NCBI RefSeq assembly: GCF_009914755.1
Contig: NC_060931.1
Length of the DNA: 64,000 bases
DNA from: the human T2T-CHM13v2.0 reference genome, Homo sapiens
Reading direction: 5' to 3' (one strand)
In this document: positions 29,774 to 46,174 of the stretch, one piece after another
Layout: the number at the start of each line of letters is the position of its first letter
How positions within the stretch are numbered: position 1 is the first letter of the stretch
Notes under the pieces: model-generated
What the model saw: only the letters and a program-made list of their open reading frames with translations
What the model was told of the DNA's origin: nothing
Databases searched by the model: none
Made by a program: the position numbers and the translations under genes

Positions 29774-30979
29774 GCCACAGCTGATGAAAAACTTCAAGGA
29801 GATTCTTGTGGAGAAGGCATGGACTCAAAGGGACATAGCTTCTCTCTTTGCCACATTGAATGTTTTCTCTCTGTTGCTACAGTTAATGATTAGAAAAATA
29901 ACTTCAATGAAATAGGATACAAGGTGAGAGTAAAGGTCCTGAAATATGGGCTAGTGTCATGTTATGTACTCACCAAGTGCATAGTTCATGTGGCCATGGT
30001 TCCTGTGGGACCTGATGTGGTCAAAGAATCCAGAAGCCTTTATTTTTCCTGTGATCGATCTCTTCGTATTTAAAATAATCATTCTGGGAACTGGATGCAA
30101 AGATCCTCAAACTTCATGCAATATTTTATCTGTTCAATCGAACTGGGGCATGTTTTTGGAACTGCAGTTTTCTCAGGCTTTGTCCTGTGAACCACCTTTC
30201 CCTTCTCATCAATTCAAAGTTTTCTGGCCATCTAATGTGGTGCCTCTCTCCTTCTTTCCATGGAAGAGTTTCTGGTGTCTAAACCTTCTACACAGAGCAT
30301 AGTGTAATTGGTGCATGTGTGTGGCAGTGTGTGTTGCCAGGGATGTGTGTATTCTCCGATGACCTTTGGAGATCCCTCTGAGTGCCAGGGGTCTATGATT
30401 TGTATGTGGTTCATGTTCTCTATAATAGCCCAGCCTGTTAGTCTCCTCTGTATTTGTTAAGGTCTGTGGGTTCAGATGTAACTTCTTTTGATTGATATTG
30501 GGACCTATTGTAATTCCCCTACTGACATGGGGAAGTTTATCTGTATCTGTCTAAGACCTAAGATTTAAGAAGAAAAAGCCTTTGTGTTTGGTGAACCATG
30601 TTCAGACTGCCTTTCTGCTTTTCCCAGCTCCTCTCAAACGTTCTTTAAGTTCAGTTACTCCCTGAATCATTCAAACGAGACAACCCTCAAGTTTCCTCCA
30701 TTCACTTTAAAATCTCTCCGCCTCCTTTCCTGGTTTTTACCTCCACCACACTCCTCTACATTAGAGGACTGGTCTCTGTTTTTGGCTTTTCAAGGCTGAC
30801 ATCTGTGATCCTAGCCCTGCTCCTGCCTGTTTTCTCTCTGCTGCTAGGTCAAGGATTTCTACTTCTACACAAATCTTCCAACTTTCCCTCTTTATTGTCC
30901 TTCCCTTCTTCAACAAATGTGCCTCTAAACTTTTTTCCTGAAAACAATCCCCTTATCTGTCTCGCTCCTCCCCCTCCCT

Positions 30980-32790
<1,811 letters not shown>

Positions 32791-33360
32791 AGCTGGAATC
32801 CAGCTAGAATCACATGTACTTTTATCTGTACATTTATCTCTGGGGTACCTACTACATTTTTATGCCTATGTTTGAGCTTTCCCTTTACTGTCTGGCTGGC
32901 TTATCTTTTGGAAGTCACACTTTGACTTATGCACAATGTAGAAATAATAAATGGGTGAGTGAGAGAGTAAAATTTGCCTGATTTTATGATGTCTTTGACT
33001 TCTTTCTTGTACATTTGCCTGTTGCTAAGCAACTGAACAGCAGGCTTTCAGTCCTTCCTATGGGAAACTTAGTGGAGTGCCAGCTCTCCTCTTTGTTACT
33101 GACCCGATCTCCCTTTCCATAGCGTCCTACATAAGCTACTCTTTGTTCCTTCCACCGTTCACACCATTAGCCTAGGAGAACAGAGCATATTCCAGAATCT
33201 GAATGATCTCCCCACAGGGACAAGTTCCCTTGGAGCTTGAACACACAGGGAGAAGTAAAAGAGAAGCAAGGGTAGTTGTATTTTTAAAATATTTGGTAAC
33301 TTATTATCATAAATTTTTGTCCATAGTCTAATCTCATCGTCAATTATGAGTTGTAATAAA

Positions 33361-33462
33361 AATTATGAATTATAATATAACTCATTATTACCTTCATTAT
33401 ATAATTATGAATTATAACATAATTCATTACTACCTTCATTATATAATTGTGAATTATAATAA
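33361..33462. repeat. AT-rich tandem repeat, unit about 41-44 bp, about 2.5 copies
   Basis: aattatgaattataa(t/c)ataa(c/t)tcatta..taccttcattatat repeated. Confidence 0.8.
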
Positions 33463-34103
33463 CAATTACTTATTGAACGTCTATTTTGTGTGAGGAACAG
33501 GACTAGAGCACTAATTTACTTAGTCTTTTATGTATTGTTTCTTAAAACAACAATGTAAAAAAAATGAGACTTAGAGAGGTTTACTGAGGTCTCATGGTCA
33601 GTGAGTGGTAGAATTTGGGATACTTTAGTGCTGTAGTATTTAAAACCGTGTGGTACTGATGTAGACAATAAGGTAATAGAATATAATAAAAGAAATGAAT
33701 AGACAAACACATCAACAGACAGCCCAGACAATAGTTACATGAAAAATTACATATATGATAACTAAAGCATTTTAAATCAGTGAGGAAAAGATGGCCATTT
33801 AGTGTTGTGGTATACTGGTACTCCAATTGGAAAACCATAAATTTAGAGCTAACATTTAATCATAAATTCCAGATAGACATTCTTTTTTAAAAATTTTATT
33901 TACTTATTTTTAAATGTTTTTGAGACAGGGTCTTGCTCTGTCTCCCAGCTGGAGGAGGTGAGAAAATAAACGTTCATTCTCATATATTGCTGACATCAGC
34001 ATAAACTGGACCAACATCTTTTCAGAGGACAATTTGGTAGTACCCCCAAAAGTTAACATGTACACCTTCCTACACCCAGCAATAAAAAAAAAAAAAAAAA
34101 AAA

Positions 34104-34323
34104 GGCCGGGAGCAGCTCACGCCTGTAATCCCCGCAGTTTGGGAGGCCAAGGTGGGCGGATCTCTTGAGCCCAGGAGTTTGAGCAACATGGTGAAACCCT
34201 GTCACCTGGGCAACATGGTGAAACCCCTTCTCTACAGAAAACTCAAAAATTAGCCAGGCGTGGTGGCACCCACCTGTAGTCCCAGCTACTCCAGAGGCTG
34301 AGGCAGGAGAATCACTTGCACCG
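34104..34323 (+). mobile_element. 3'-truncated AluJ-like element
   Basis: ggccgggagcagctcacgcctgtaatc...gaatcacttgcaccggag, with no tail. Confidence 0.85.
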
Positions 34324-34455
34324 GAGCACCCAGAGAACACCCGCGCAGACATTAGGAGAACTTGCAAACCCTACAACTGGTGGCCCCGCCGGGGATCAAT
34401 ATTTTTTTTTTATCATCAATGTTATAACAAAACGACATTATTCAAGGACCTGCTG
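34324..34455 (+). mobile_element. MER6 (TcMar-Tigger) terminal fragment
   Basis: gcagacattaggagaacttgcaaac...aaacgacattattcaaggacctgctg followed by TA. Confidence 0.75.
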
Positions 34456-35382
34456 TATAGACAAATAAGTTAGCTCTTATTGATAGTTATTAAACTCTGC
34501 ACATGCCCAGAAAATACAACTTCTTTGCAAATATCAATGAAATAGTCATGAAAACTGAGAAAAAGAAAATTGCATAAAAGGGAAAACTACAACCGAATCT
34601 CACTTATGCATAGAAAATCCTAAATAAAATATTAGAAAACACAGTCCAACAGTGCATTACATATTATATCATTTCCAAGTAGAATTTAATCTAGGAATTT
34701 AATGATGATTCAATATTAGAAAAGTCATTAACATAACACATTGATACTTGTAAAAGAAATGTAATATAATCACCTCCAAATATGCTAAAAGGCAATTAAA
34801 AAATTTAATACTGTTTTGATAAAGTGCTCAATAATATAAATATTTAATAACATGAAAAAATATATCCACCTTACCCAAAAACTTGCAGCCTATATAATGT
34901 ATCCAGAGACATTCTTATACAACTCAAAAATATGAAAGGAATGAGCATTATCATCACAATTTGTATCTTAATGGTGAAAACATTTGATTTAATTAAGAGA
35001 AACAAATTATAGTTATTGACATTGGAAAGGGGAGCTATATATATTCTTGTATAGTCGGAAAATCCAAACAATTAACATCAACATAAAAGCTACTACAGAC
35101 CGATATGAACTTAGCAAGGTGGTGGGATGCAAAACAAAGATACAGAAATGAATATTTTCTAATATGCAAAAGAAACCACCAGTTAGAATAGAATGAAAGA
35201 AAAGATTTTATTGCAATAAGAACAAAAAAGATAAAATACTGGAATTAAATTTTACAAGAAGTGTATAAGACCGACCTGAAGGAAACTTAAAAATACTCAG
35301 AAAGACATGAAAGTCGACATGAACTAATGGAATCCTACATTGTCTTCTTAGATAAGAAGATTTGCTACCATAAAGATGTTAA

Positions 35383-35841
<459 letters not shown>

Positions 35842-36809
35842 TAAGTTAATTTGTTAATTTAGTATAAGACCTACAAAGTACTCTTTTCCTCTTTTTAAAC
35901 CTATAAAAATAAGACTAACATAGTTTAAGCTTATAGAAATTGAAAGAAGTCAAAAAAGGTAGGCAGGCTCTATTATGTCTTAAAATATAGCATGAGCCTC
36001 AAAATTTAAATATGTTTGTGAATATATACTGTAGAATAGATAGTCCAGAAAATGAATTCATATACATATGGTAATTTAATATAAATTCACTATAGATAAA
36101 AGTAATATTTCATATCAGAGAAAAATTCAGTAACTGATGTTGAGATAACAATAGTCATCTAAAAAAATGTTGCCATATCTCAAATCCTATGCCAGGATAA
36201 AGTCCAAATATATCAACGTTAAATGTTAAAATGAAACAACACAATTGCTAGGAATAAATGGGAGGAGAGGGATTCTTTTAATATCTTGGGATGTGGAAAG
36301 TCTTTTAAACTCATAAAGAAAAAGATTAATTTTAATTTTAAAAATTCTGCATGGCAAGAATTTATAAGAAAATTACAAAAAACAAACAAACTGGGAAAAT
36401 AAATACTTGCAACCCATATTATAATAAAAATGTAATTTCCAATATATAAAGAGCTCTTAGAAATGATAGGTAAAGGATCAACAATTCAAAAGAAAAAGAG
36501 AAAAGGCAATAAATATGAATATGAACTTCACAGAAAAGGAAATACAAATGGCTCCTTAAACACAGAAAAGATACTCAACTTGATTTATAATAAGAGAAAT
36601 ACAAATTAAAACTATATTGGTCTACAATGTTTAAACTATCCACTTGGCAAAACTTTGAAAACATGCTCTTTTGCCAAGTTATTGGAGACACATGCTCTTT
36701 TCCACATTGCTGATGGAAGCATAAATTAGTATACTCTCTTTGGAGGGAAATTTAGCAATATACATCAAATTTACTAATGCATGCACCCTTGGATCCAGCC
36801 ACCCTCCTT

Positions 36810-38325
36810 GGGATTTTGGTGCATTGAACACCCTCCATATGGGTCACAGTTTGGCCTCACTCTCTTGGACCAGCTGGGACATGAGACTGGTCATAGGTCT
36901 AGAAACAATGTGGGGTGGGAGTGTGATCATTTCAGGATCCGCAGTGCCTTGCAAAGAAACTACTTGAAGTAAGTCCCTTACAGGCCTTCTGGAGGAAAGA
37001 AGTCATCTATCTCCTCAGATAAAGTAGGAAGGGCTGCTTCTATTGGTAAAGAAGATTTGGCAGAACTTAGGAGTTCATGTTTCTAGTTTTACTGGAATCT
37101 GGCCATTTCTCTCCATCCCAGTTTTCTGGGCCAGACCCCTAGCTGATGAATATCCTAACTTTTTCAAGAGACCCAGCAAGGTTGGAAGTTCATGTGACAT
37201 TGTAATTCATCCACCCACAGAACAGATTTTAGGTTTGTTTTTCAGAAATCTCAACTCCACAATAAGAAGTGAAAAGGGATTTTTTGTCACAGTCATAGAA
37301 ATTTTCTGGTTGTTTGCTGGATCTTGAGCTGGGAATTCCAAGCCCTGCACCACCATTTTCTCTCTGTCACATTCTCTAGCATACTTGCAGGCACCAGCCA
37401 TACCAGCTGGAAACTGCCTGTTCTGAAAGAGCTGGAATGACCTTTGGAATGTGCAGCTGAGGTACCAACTTCGAGATGACATTTTTTGTGGAGGTGAGTT
37501 GTTGTCCTTAAAATGTGGAATATACTGTAAACGAATGACCATTATTTTGTGCTGTGTCTCCAACACACAGACCACATGGGTCTAGGACTCAAGGAGTGGA
37601 AGTAGAAGTGGCCTTGCTCACCATATCTCCTGGAGACCCTCTTGGAGGATTCCTGCTTCCCGTGCTTTTAGCTTTATGCTTTGTATGCATAGAGGTTGGT
37701 TCCCAGAGTAGGGAGCATTTCCAAAAGGGGACACAAGAAAAGTCCTAATAAAATTATAGCTGCCACCTGGTCATTTTGAGCTCCTGATCCCAGAAGACCA
37801 GGAGGCTAGGAAAAGAGTTACCAACTCGCAGGAATAATTGACTGTGATCATAATGTGGAAATAGGGGCTGGAAAGAGTATGTGAAGAACTCATGTGACCA
37901 TTGGGTCATCTCTTAGCACTTCTGTGGCCAATTCTACTACAAATAGGCGGGTACAGCAAGCACTGCTGATAAGGACATGGCAGTCAGGACTTAGATCTCT
38001 CAGGGATGAGGGTTTGGGACTTCTCATCAGGACAGCCACCTACACTGCATTACGTGCTAGCCAAGAGTAAAAGATATTTGGAGTGGGTAGTAGATGAAGA
38101 CAGTGATGTGTATTAGTCATGGCCTCATGATCAGCTGCAGCAGTTGGGGCTGTATATAGTTTGCATCACTAAATCTCTCTCTGTCAGTTTCTCCAGAAAT
38201 TTCAACTGGCCAGAATCCTGGAGAAGCTTTGACCAGGTGGAGTGAACCTAATGTGAGAGCAGGTTAGGTTAGTTAACATTACGTTAACTGGTGTATGCTA
38301 AAACTGAGTGGTACAAGGGGTAGAT
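36810..38325 (+). mobile_element. ERVL (HERV16-like) internal remnant ending in a polypurine tract
   Basis: ERVL pol/dUTPase-like agctgccacctggtcattttgagctcctg; PPT-like gtggtacaaggggtagat. Confidence 0.6.
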
Positions 38326-38795
38326 TACAACAGCTGCTCTTGGTGCACCCTCCCTCTAACCGAATCCACCGAATTTACAGGGTTGATATACCCATTGTCG
38401 CCTGCCAGATGTTGGCTGCTAATGACTGCTAATGGTTCCCAAGGATTGCCTTTGATTGATGGAAGCCACTCCACCCAAAGAAGTCTGATTGTCCATTCCC
38501 CTCTTTCTGCAGTTCTTGGCTAATGACTGTGTAATGCAGGCTTATAACAGTTCCACTTCCTTGCCTTCAAATGGGGCAAACTTTGGGGTCAAACTACACT
38601 CCAAATCTCCCCATGGGATCAAAGTGACTGTATATTGATCTAGAAACTACTTAAAAAATTTAGTTTCTTCTCTTCTTCTATCCTGTGTATCTTATTTTCC
38701 TATAGTTTTTTTTTTTTTTTCCTGAAAGGAACAACTCAAAATGTAACTTGCACAAGAATCTCCATCTCAGACTCTGCTTTTGAAAAGTGTGATCT
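38326..38795 (+). mobile_element. LTR16-family 3' LTR
   Basis: Follows the PPT; ends cttgcacaagaatctccatctcagactctgcttt. Confidence 0.6.
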
Positions 38796-39131
38796 CAGAC
38801 ATAAAGATGAGAACAATAGACACTAGGGACTTCAAAAGGAGGGAAGGAGTGGGGGCAAGGGCTGAAAAACTTCCTGTTGGGTACTATGTTCACTCTCTGG
38901 GTGACAGGATCAACAGGAGCCCAAACCTCAGCATCATACATTATACCCTCATAACAAACCTGCACATTTACTCCCTGAATCTAAAATAAAAATTGAAATT
39001 AAAATAAGAGACACATACAGAGCTTTACATAGTCTCACTTGAACCCCTGCTGGAGGCTAACAGGCGTGCAAAGCAAAAGACCACTCACACACACAAAAAT
39101 TAAAATTAAAAATTAAATTAAAAAATAAATA
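38796..39131 (+). mobile_element. Short L1PA16/L1PB-type 3' end plus about 90 nt of extra sequence and an A-rich tail
   Basis: L1 3' UTR ending aacaaacctgcacatttactccctgaatctaaaataaaa; TSD aaaagtgt(g/a)atct at 38783-38795 and 39132-39144. Confidence 0.85.
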
Positions 39132-39199
39132 AAAAGTGTAATCTAAGTGGTCTGATTTTCAGGCTATATCTCTGTGATTCACCCTTGTAGATCCCTTCT

Positions 39200-40220
39200 T
39201 TACATGTGTACATACATGTCTGATTTAAAACTTATATCTAAAACTGAACTCCTGATATTCTCTGACCTCCCACTCCAACATGCTTCTCTCACTATTTTTT
39301 CTGTTTCTGCCACTCCGTTCTTCTAGTTTCTCTGGGCAAAACCTTTTGCATTCCATGAAGAATCATTCAGCAACCCTGATGCTAGACCATTTAACCTAGA
39401 GCTAAAGCATTGGTAGATGACCTGCTTCTGGGTTGTGGTTTCATATGGAGAAAGCTGTCCTTTCACTCCAGTCTTTTGAAAGCCAGACCTTGACACAAGG
39501 GTTTGAAAAAGTCAGGGTTAGAGTTGAGGTTGTTAACTCAACCTTCAAAATGAATCTGTAACTCTACTGCTTATCACCACCTCCATTGCTACTGCTCTGG
39601 TGCAAGCCACTATAACTCTAGCTTGGATTATTGCAATGGCTTCCTAACTGGTTTTGCAGCTTCTGCTCTTGTTTGCCTTTGGTCTATTTCCAATACAACA
39701 AGCCAGCAGGATCCCTGAAAAATATAAATCATATCATGTCACATCTCTTTCATAATTCTGGATTTGCTTTTCATCCTAGAGTAAAAGCTTAAGTCTTCAT
39801 AATGAACTAAAATGCCCTCTATAATCCATGTGCCCTATCTCATGTTTCTGAAGTCATCTGTTGCTGTTTTACCCTCCTCTCACACTGAGCTCATCCCTTT
39901 GGCTTTCTCGATGTTCCTTGAATTTGTCCAAAGTCTTTGCATTCTCTGTGCTTGGAATGCTATTCCCAGATATTAGCATGGCTCACTCCCTCACTTATTT
40001 CAGGAATTGTCATTGCTACTCTATCTAAATTGCAATACCCTGTACTACTATTCCCTGTCCTGTTTTTTTCTCCTTAGTATTACCACTATCTCTTTTACTT
40101 ATTTATATTTTTTATGGTTTATTTCCCCCACTCTAATGTAAGCTTCTCGAAGACAGGGATTTGTGTCTGTTTTGTTTTTACTGGCAAATTGTAGGCACTC
40201 AATAAATATTTGCTGAACAC
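39200..40220 (+). mobile_element. L2 LINE 3' portion
   Basis: ggattattgcaatggcttcctaactgg ... taggcactcaataaatatttgctgaa. Confidence 0.8.
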
Positions 40221-41454
40221 ATGCATACATTATTTTATTATAATTAACTAGACTACTATTATTATGCAACAGGTCATCATTTCTATGCTTGTAGAAATGG
40301 GCGTGGCTGCTAGAAGCTGGATCATCAATTGATATTCTCTTACACATTCAGAAACTGGTGATTTTGCTGGTTCACTGATACAACACTGAGCCTCCACATT
40401 TTTCACAGTTGTTGTTAGAGACGAGTAATTGCTTCCATGTTCATATACATCTTAACAAGCATTTATTGATCACTTTGATATGGAGGTCTAGGTGTACATC
40501 CCTGCTAAGTGCAATGGGGTTATAAAAGTAGGATCTTAACATTCAAGAAATTTACCATGCAACATATATACACCAGTTAAAGGAGTACGAAGCAGTGAAG
40601 AGCTGAAGTGACCACTAATGAAGTATAATATAATAGTTCATATTTGACCCTAGTACTGAGAGAATTATAAAATGGAAACTAATCGGATACAGTCCATTAT
40701 TTAGTATTACTTATTTGTAATATTTTGCTGCAAATTTTGTACTTTTCAAATACTTGATATTGGGGTTTCTGTTTATCTTTGATAGTAATCTATTAGGTTC
40801 GACATTTCTTAAAGTCATGCATGGCCTCCTTTTCTGAACTCTTGTATACTTAGGCCCATATCGCTGGCCACTCTATTGTGATTCACTCAAGTGAATGGGG
40901 GTAATCTTGAGATTAAAAAAGTCACAAGAACAAGACCTCAGATAGGAGGAGGGTTGTGAGGGAAACTGGATCTTTGAAGTGAAATCAGAATTGTGAGGCA
41001 GAGAGGGAGCTTCTGCTCATGGGGTTGGCCTCTGTCACAGGCTTGTAATGATTCTGAGTTTCAATGGTGTGGATGGCTGGCCTTGGTGACAGATAAAAGC
41101 TTTCGAAACTGGGCTTCAGCAGTAGGCAGCTGAATGCATTTGGAACTTTAGTTAGCTGAGCTGACTGATGCATCTTTTAACTATAAATAATACTTGTTCT
41201 GGACTATAGTGATGGAAATCGAAGGCTAGTTGGGGGTAGGGGACTGTGTGTGGGGACAGTTCTTTTTGAAAACTTTTATTTTTCTTTCAGTAAGCCAAAC
41301 AATTTTTAAAAAGAGGTTGAATAAACTATTTAAAATACACTATTTACATGATACTTTCATTATCTATTTTGCTCAAGGTGATTTTTTTAAATATGAAACT
41401 GCTCCTATGTACTCAGATTGTTATACCTTTTACATCAAAACTAAATTGCAATAG

Positions 41455-41755
41455 TTTGTTTGTTTGGTTTTGAGATAAGTTCTCACTCTGTTCCCCAGGC
41501 TGAGCATAGTGGTGCAATCGTGGCTTACTGCAGCTTCAAACTCCTGGGCTCAAAGGATCCTCCCACCTCAGCCTCCTTGAATAGCTGAGACTATAAGCGC
41601 ATACCACCATGCCCTACTAATTATTTTTCATTTTTTGTAGAGATGTAGTTTTGCCCTGTTGCGCAGGCTGTCTCAAACTCCTGGTCTGAAGTGATGCGCC
41701 TGCCTCAATCTCTCAAAGTACTGAGATTATAGGCATGAACCACCGTGCCCAACCA
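41455..41755 (-). mobile_element. AluJ element
   Basis: Diverged Alu with ctcctgggctcaaaggatcctcccacc. Confidence 0.88.
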
Positions 41756-43134
41756 AGTGCAATGTTTTTGAGGACAAGATAGATTTCTGCCTCCAGTGGC
41801 AGTATAATTTTCATAAAATAAGGGATTAGGACTTTACTTTTAAAAGTTGGTGGCTTCCAAATCTGCTGACAAACTCCTTGAGGGGCTATGATTTGGGTCC
41901 ACACCAAAAGCAGCATCTGTTTAATTCTGTAGGGATCAAGTACAAGAAGACTGTTGTCTTTATTGTTGGAAAGTTTCAAATGGAGAAGAAAAGTAGCTGA
42001 TCCAAATTGGTCCACATTGGACCAGCTACTTTAGAGTTGGGAAGCATTTAAATTTTAACTCCTCTGTACTATAATTGAGGAATCTGTAAGAAAGTTGGGG
42101 GAAAAGCTGTATTTCTCAAGTTAAAGCCAATGGCTTATATTTATCCGAGTCAATAACATTACATTTTCCATTATCTGTGTTTGGGAATTTTTATTACAGG
42201 TATTCTTATGGTGAAGTTTTACTGATCCATTATTTTTTAATTTTAGTTTTGAAAAATGTCACCACCAACCTGTGGTGATGGGACCAGATATATTCAGGGG
42301 TTCCAACAAGTAAGAGTGAAAATGTCTTTGTATGTACAACATACTCTGCAGACATTCCAGTAGCCCACGGCTTTAGGTGAGGAGGATCATGAAGATGAAA
42401 ATGTATACATGTTTCTTCTCAACATTTCCAAGCTAAATGCAAGCTTTACTGCTTCTATCATAGCATCTATTTAAAGTTTTGCCAACTCAGTCTCCTTGAA
42501 TAACCAAATATTGAAAGCATCTGTACCAAAATATGTAGTGACACATCAAGATTATTTTAAAAAGGAAAAGCAACTAACCTCATTCATTCAACAAATATTT
42601 CCTTTGTGCCACTATGTGGGGGATGCAGGGGTTGAAGAAGATCCTTGTCCATTGAGAGAACAACGTGTGTCTCCCTATAAAACAAAGAGAAGTGTCTGAA
42701 ATTAAAGCATGTATTTAAGTGATTAAGACCTTATACTGTGTTCAGCAAACATTCTTTGAGCAAATCCTTTTGAGAATCAGAAGATGAATGATCATGAACA
42801 CTTTGTGAGGAAGAATCAATGAGTCACAGGTGCTGATGAATGAAAGAATCATAAACTTTAGAAATTCTTAAACATTTTTACTAGAGCAGTGAAAGAGAGA
42901 AATATTGCATAGTCTTGGCTATAAAGAATGTATAGTCCTTCAGATACAATGAGCAGCTCAGTAGTTGCTTGTGGAACATTTTACAACTACAGAATGACCC
43001 AGAGGCAGAGCCACGTGCCTTGCTGCAGTTGCAGGTACATGCACTCAACAGCATGTCCATGAACCCTGTTCTCTTCTGGAGGGTCTACGTGGCAGAAGCT
43101 CTGGCTCTTTCACATCAAGAAGGATCTTAAATTC

Positions 43135-43415
43135 TGGAGCAATGGCTCATACCTATAATCCCAGCACTTTGAGAGGCTGATGCAGGCAGATCGCTTGAGT
43201 CCAGGAGTTCCAGGCTAGTCTGGGCAACATAGCAAAATCCCATCTCTACAAAAAGTACAATTAGCCAGGTGTGGTCGCATGCGCCTGTGGTCCCAGCTAC
43301 TCAGGAGGCTGAGAAGGGAGGATTGCTTGAGCCCGGGGAGGTCAAGGCTGCAGTGAGCTGTGATCACACCACTGCACTCCAGTCTGGGTGACAGAGTGCA
43401 GTCCCTGTCCTAAAA
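43135..43415 (+). mobile_element. AluJ element
   Basis: gattgcttgagcccggggaggtcaaggctgcagtgagctgtg. Confidence 0.88.
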
Positions 43416-44664
43416 TCAACAGCATTCTCATTCGAGTAAAAAATAATTAAACCTTGAGATATTTTCCTCTGCTTTCCTATGCTCTCCATTCACATTTCTT
43501 TGCTGAGTTTAAACCTTGGATTCTAAATTCTGCTTAAGTTCTACTGTCTTATAGATAATCGGAAAAGTTAAGTGGTTTCCCAAGGAGGACTCTGCTCCTG
43601 GCCTGTTTGCTCCAGCTTGGTCTAGCCCTATGATTGTTGTCTTTGACTCCCTCCTTGACTTGCAGTATTGATCTACATTGGTCTGTGCTTGTTTCTGACA
43701 TCATCATACTTTATGAACTAGCATGGTTTCGATTCCAGTTTCCCTGGACCAGCCCAGTCCTGCAGCAACCGGTAGTAACCCAGCTCTGAGAAGTAAAATT
43801 GCAAAAGCCTCAAAGAAACTTCCTTTCTTTTGCCGTGACTTGAAATTTGTAAATGGCTTTCCTGAACTTAGAGAATCCTGAGTCAGAACCCAGAAATTTG
43901 GAATAAGTTAGTCAAGTGCCCTAATCACAGCCAGATGCCCTTCTAATCACTAATTCCCAAGACCAAATGAGGGTCAAACACTTTCTTGCACCACCCCTGG
44001 CATTCTACTGTAGGCATCCTCCTCCTTGTCTTACACTAGCAGAGATTTGGGAAGGGGAGGCTATCAGGGTTCTAATTTTGGCCTTTATCTTCGAAATTAA
44101 AAGGCTTCCAAGGCATGAAATTGGTGATGAAAAGAGCTAAACCAGATGACACAACGACTCTTAAAGAATGTGTTAGTGTCTTGGAGTCAAGACCTAAGTT
44201 TAAGTGTTCATTCTCTTCTGCCTCTTATTTTGTGGCTTTGAGAAGTCATTACCCTTACAGGCCCTCATTTTTTATGTCTGTAGGATGGGAATGGGGGCTG
44301 AATTCCTCAGGTTATGATGGTGGTGGCAAGATGGTCCTGCTGGTACTAGTAGTGGCAACATGTGTTTGCAGGAAAAGGCAGGGCAGACATGCTGAAAGGT
44401 TTAATTGGATCAATTAGTCCAACACTCAATATTTATATAGACGATTTTCCAGAAGACAGCAGTAATTACGTCTTTAGAAGATTAATATACAACTCTGTGT
44501 AATGGTGAGACTTTAAATACTGTGACCGGTTCTGTCTTGCTCTGCCCTTCCTCCATCCAGATATCCTCCAAGCCAGATAAATCAGTTCTTAATAGCCTCA
44601 AATCTAGTCTTGCAGGTTAAGGCTAATGTGGAGATAGAGTTATTTAGAGTTCCTTAACAACATC

Positions 44665-45085
44665 TGTCTTAGTCTGTTCTTGCTGTTATGACAAAATACC
44701 TGAGACTGAGTTACTTATAAACAATAGTAATTTATATTTTCATAGTTCTGAGGCTGGGAAGTCTAGGATCAAGGCACTGGCAGATTCAGTGTCTGGTGAG
44801 GAACTGCTCTATCGATGGCATCCTCTCTTGGTGCCATTCTCACCTGGCAAAAGTGATGGAAGAGCAAAAAGGCAAAAGGCAAAAGGGCAAAAGGCATGTG
44901 GGCACTCCCTTCAATTTCTTTTGTAAGTGCACTGATCTGTTCATGAGGCTCCACCCTCAAGAATGGATTAGTGCTCTTATAAAATAGACTTAATCACTTC
45001 CCCAAAGGCCCAGTCTCTTAATGTGGTTGCATTGGCAATTAGGTTTCAACATGTGAATTTTGAGGGACACATTTAAACCACAGCA
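44665..45085 (-). mobile_element. MST-type MaLR solo LTR
   Basis: tgtcttagtctg...gggacacatttaaaccacagca; near-perfect TSD acatc/atatc. Confidence 0.82.
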
Positions 45086-46112
45086 ATATCACAAAGAATT
45101 CATTAGTTTTAAAACTTAAATATTATTTTTGATAATACATGATTATTGCAGAAAATATGGAAAACAGACTATTATTAAAAAGTTAAAAATCCCTCATGTT
45201 CACTATACGGAGATAATCATAGTTGGCACTCATGACTCCTTCCAGATGTATCTTCTCACCCTGAATTATGCTCATTGTACAAAAACATACAATGCCAATA
45301 TATCAACCATAAAAACATACTTTTACAAAATTAGAATACTAAATTTATATTGTTTTTTTCATATATTGTGACTATTTCCTTTATCTATAATGACAGACAC
45401 AAGGCCTTTCCAAAGTATAAAAGGATACTTTGAAATATAAAAATAGATGAAAAAGCATGAACAATATAAAATGATGAATAAGCAAAGGAATTCTTACCAT
45501 TTCACATGAGGAATCATTAGTTTTCACCGATTGCAAACTTCTAGAATACCCAAATATAGAAAAGTATGAAACAGAACAAAAAATAAACCTTAGGAGTAAA
45601 ATATGTGATTAAATTAGTTACTAAGCAGAATTTTATTCTAGGTCCTTCACAGCAATTTTAAATGGACCAGGATAAAATAGATTTGGTAATGTTGTTTCAG
45701 AATTATTCTACCTTAGTGATGTTTCCCTCTCCTAGGTCCAGCAGGATAGTCTGGACAGGGATAGAATCTGAATATTTTATTTCTGGCAAAATCTTTATGT
45801 CTTTGCTCGTTGTTTTCCTATCTATGTCATGACAACTCTTGTAAACATTCCATTTTTTTCTGTTCAAGGCAGAAATCATAGGCCAGTCCTATCAAAGGTT
45901 CTCAGTCAATACTATTCTGCATTATAGCATTATCTTCCAAGGAGCATGCTTTCAATATATTGACTTTTTACATTTACTATTTTTAACTACTATGGACAAA
46001 TTTTATATTATGTAAGACTGTCTCAGGCATGATATTCGTTGATTCTTAGTCACTTTGGGGAAATTTATTATAACCATTTTATTTTGCATAGTTTTGCATA
46101 GTTTCAGTGGTT

Positions 46113-46119
<7 letters not shown>

Positions 46120-46146
<27 letters not shown>
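46120..46146. repeat. (CA)n microsatellite
   Basis: Directly visible in the sequence. Confidence 0.95.
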
Positions 46147-46150
<4 letters not shown>

Positions 46151-46174
46151 TGTGGTGGCAGATTACATTGAGAT

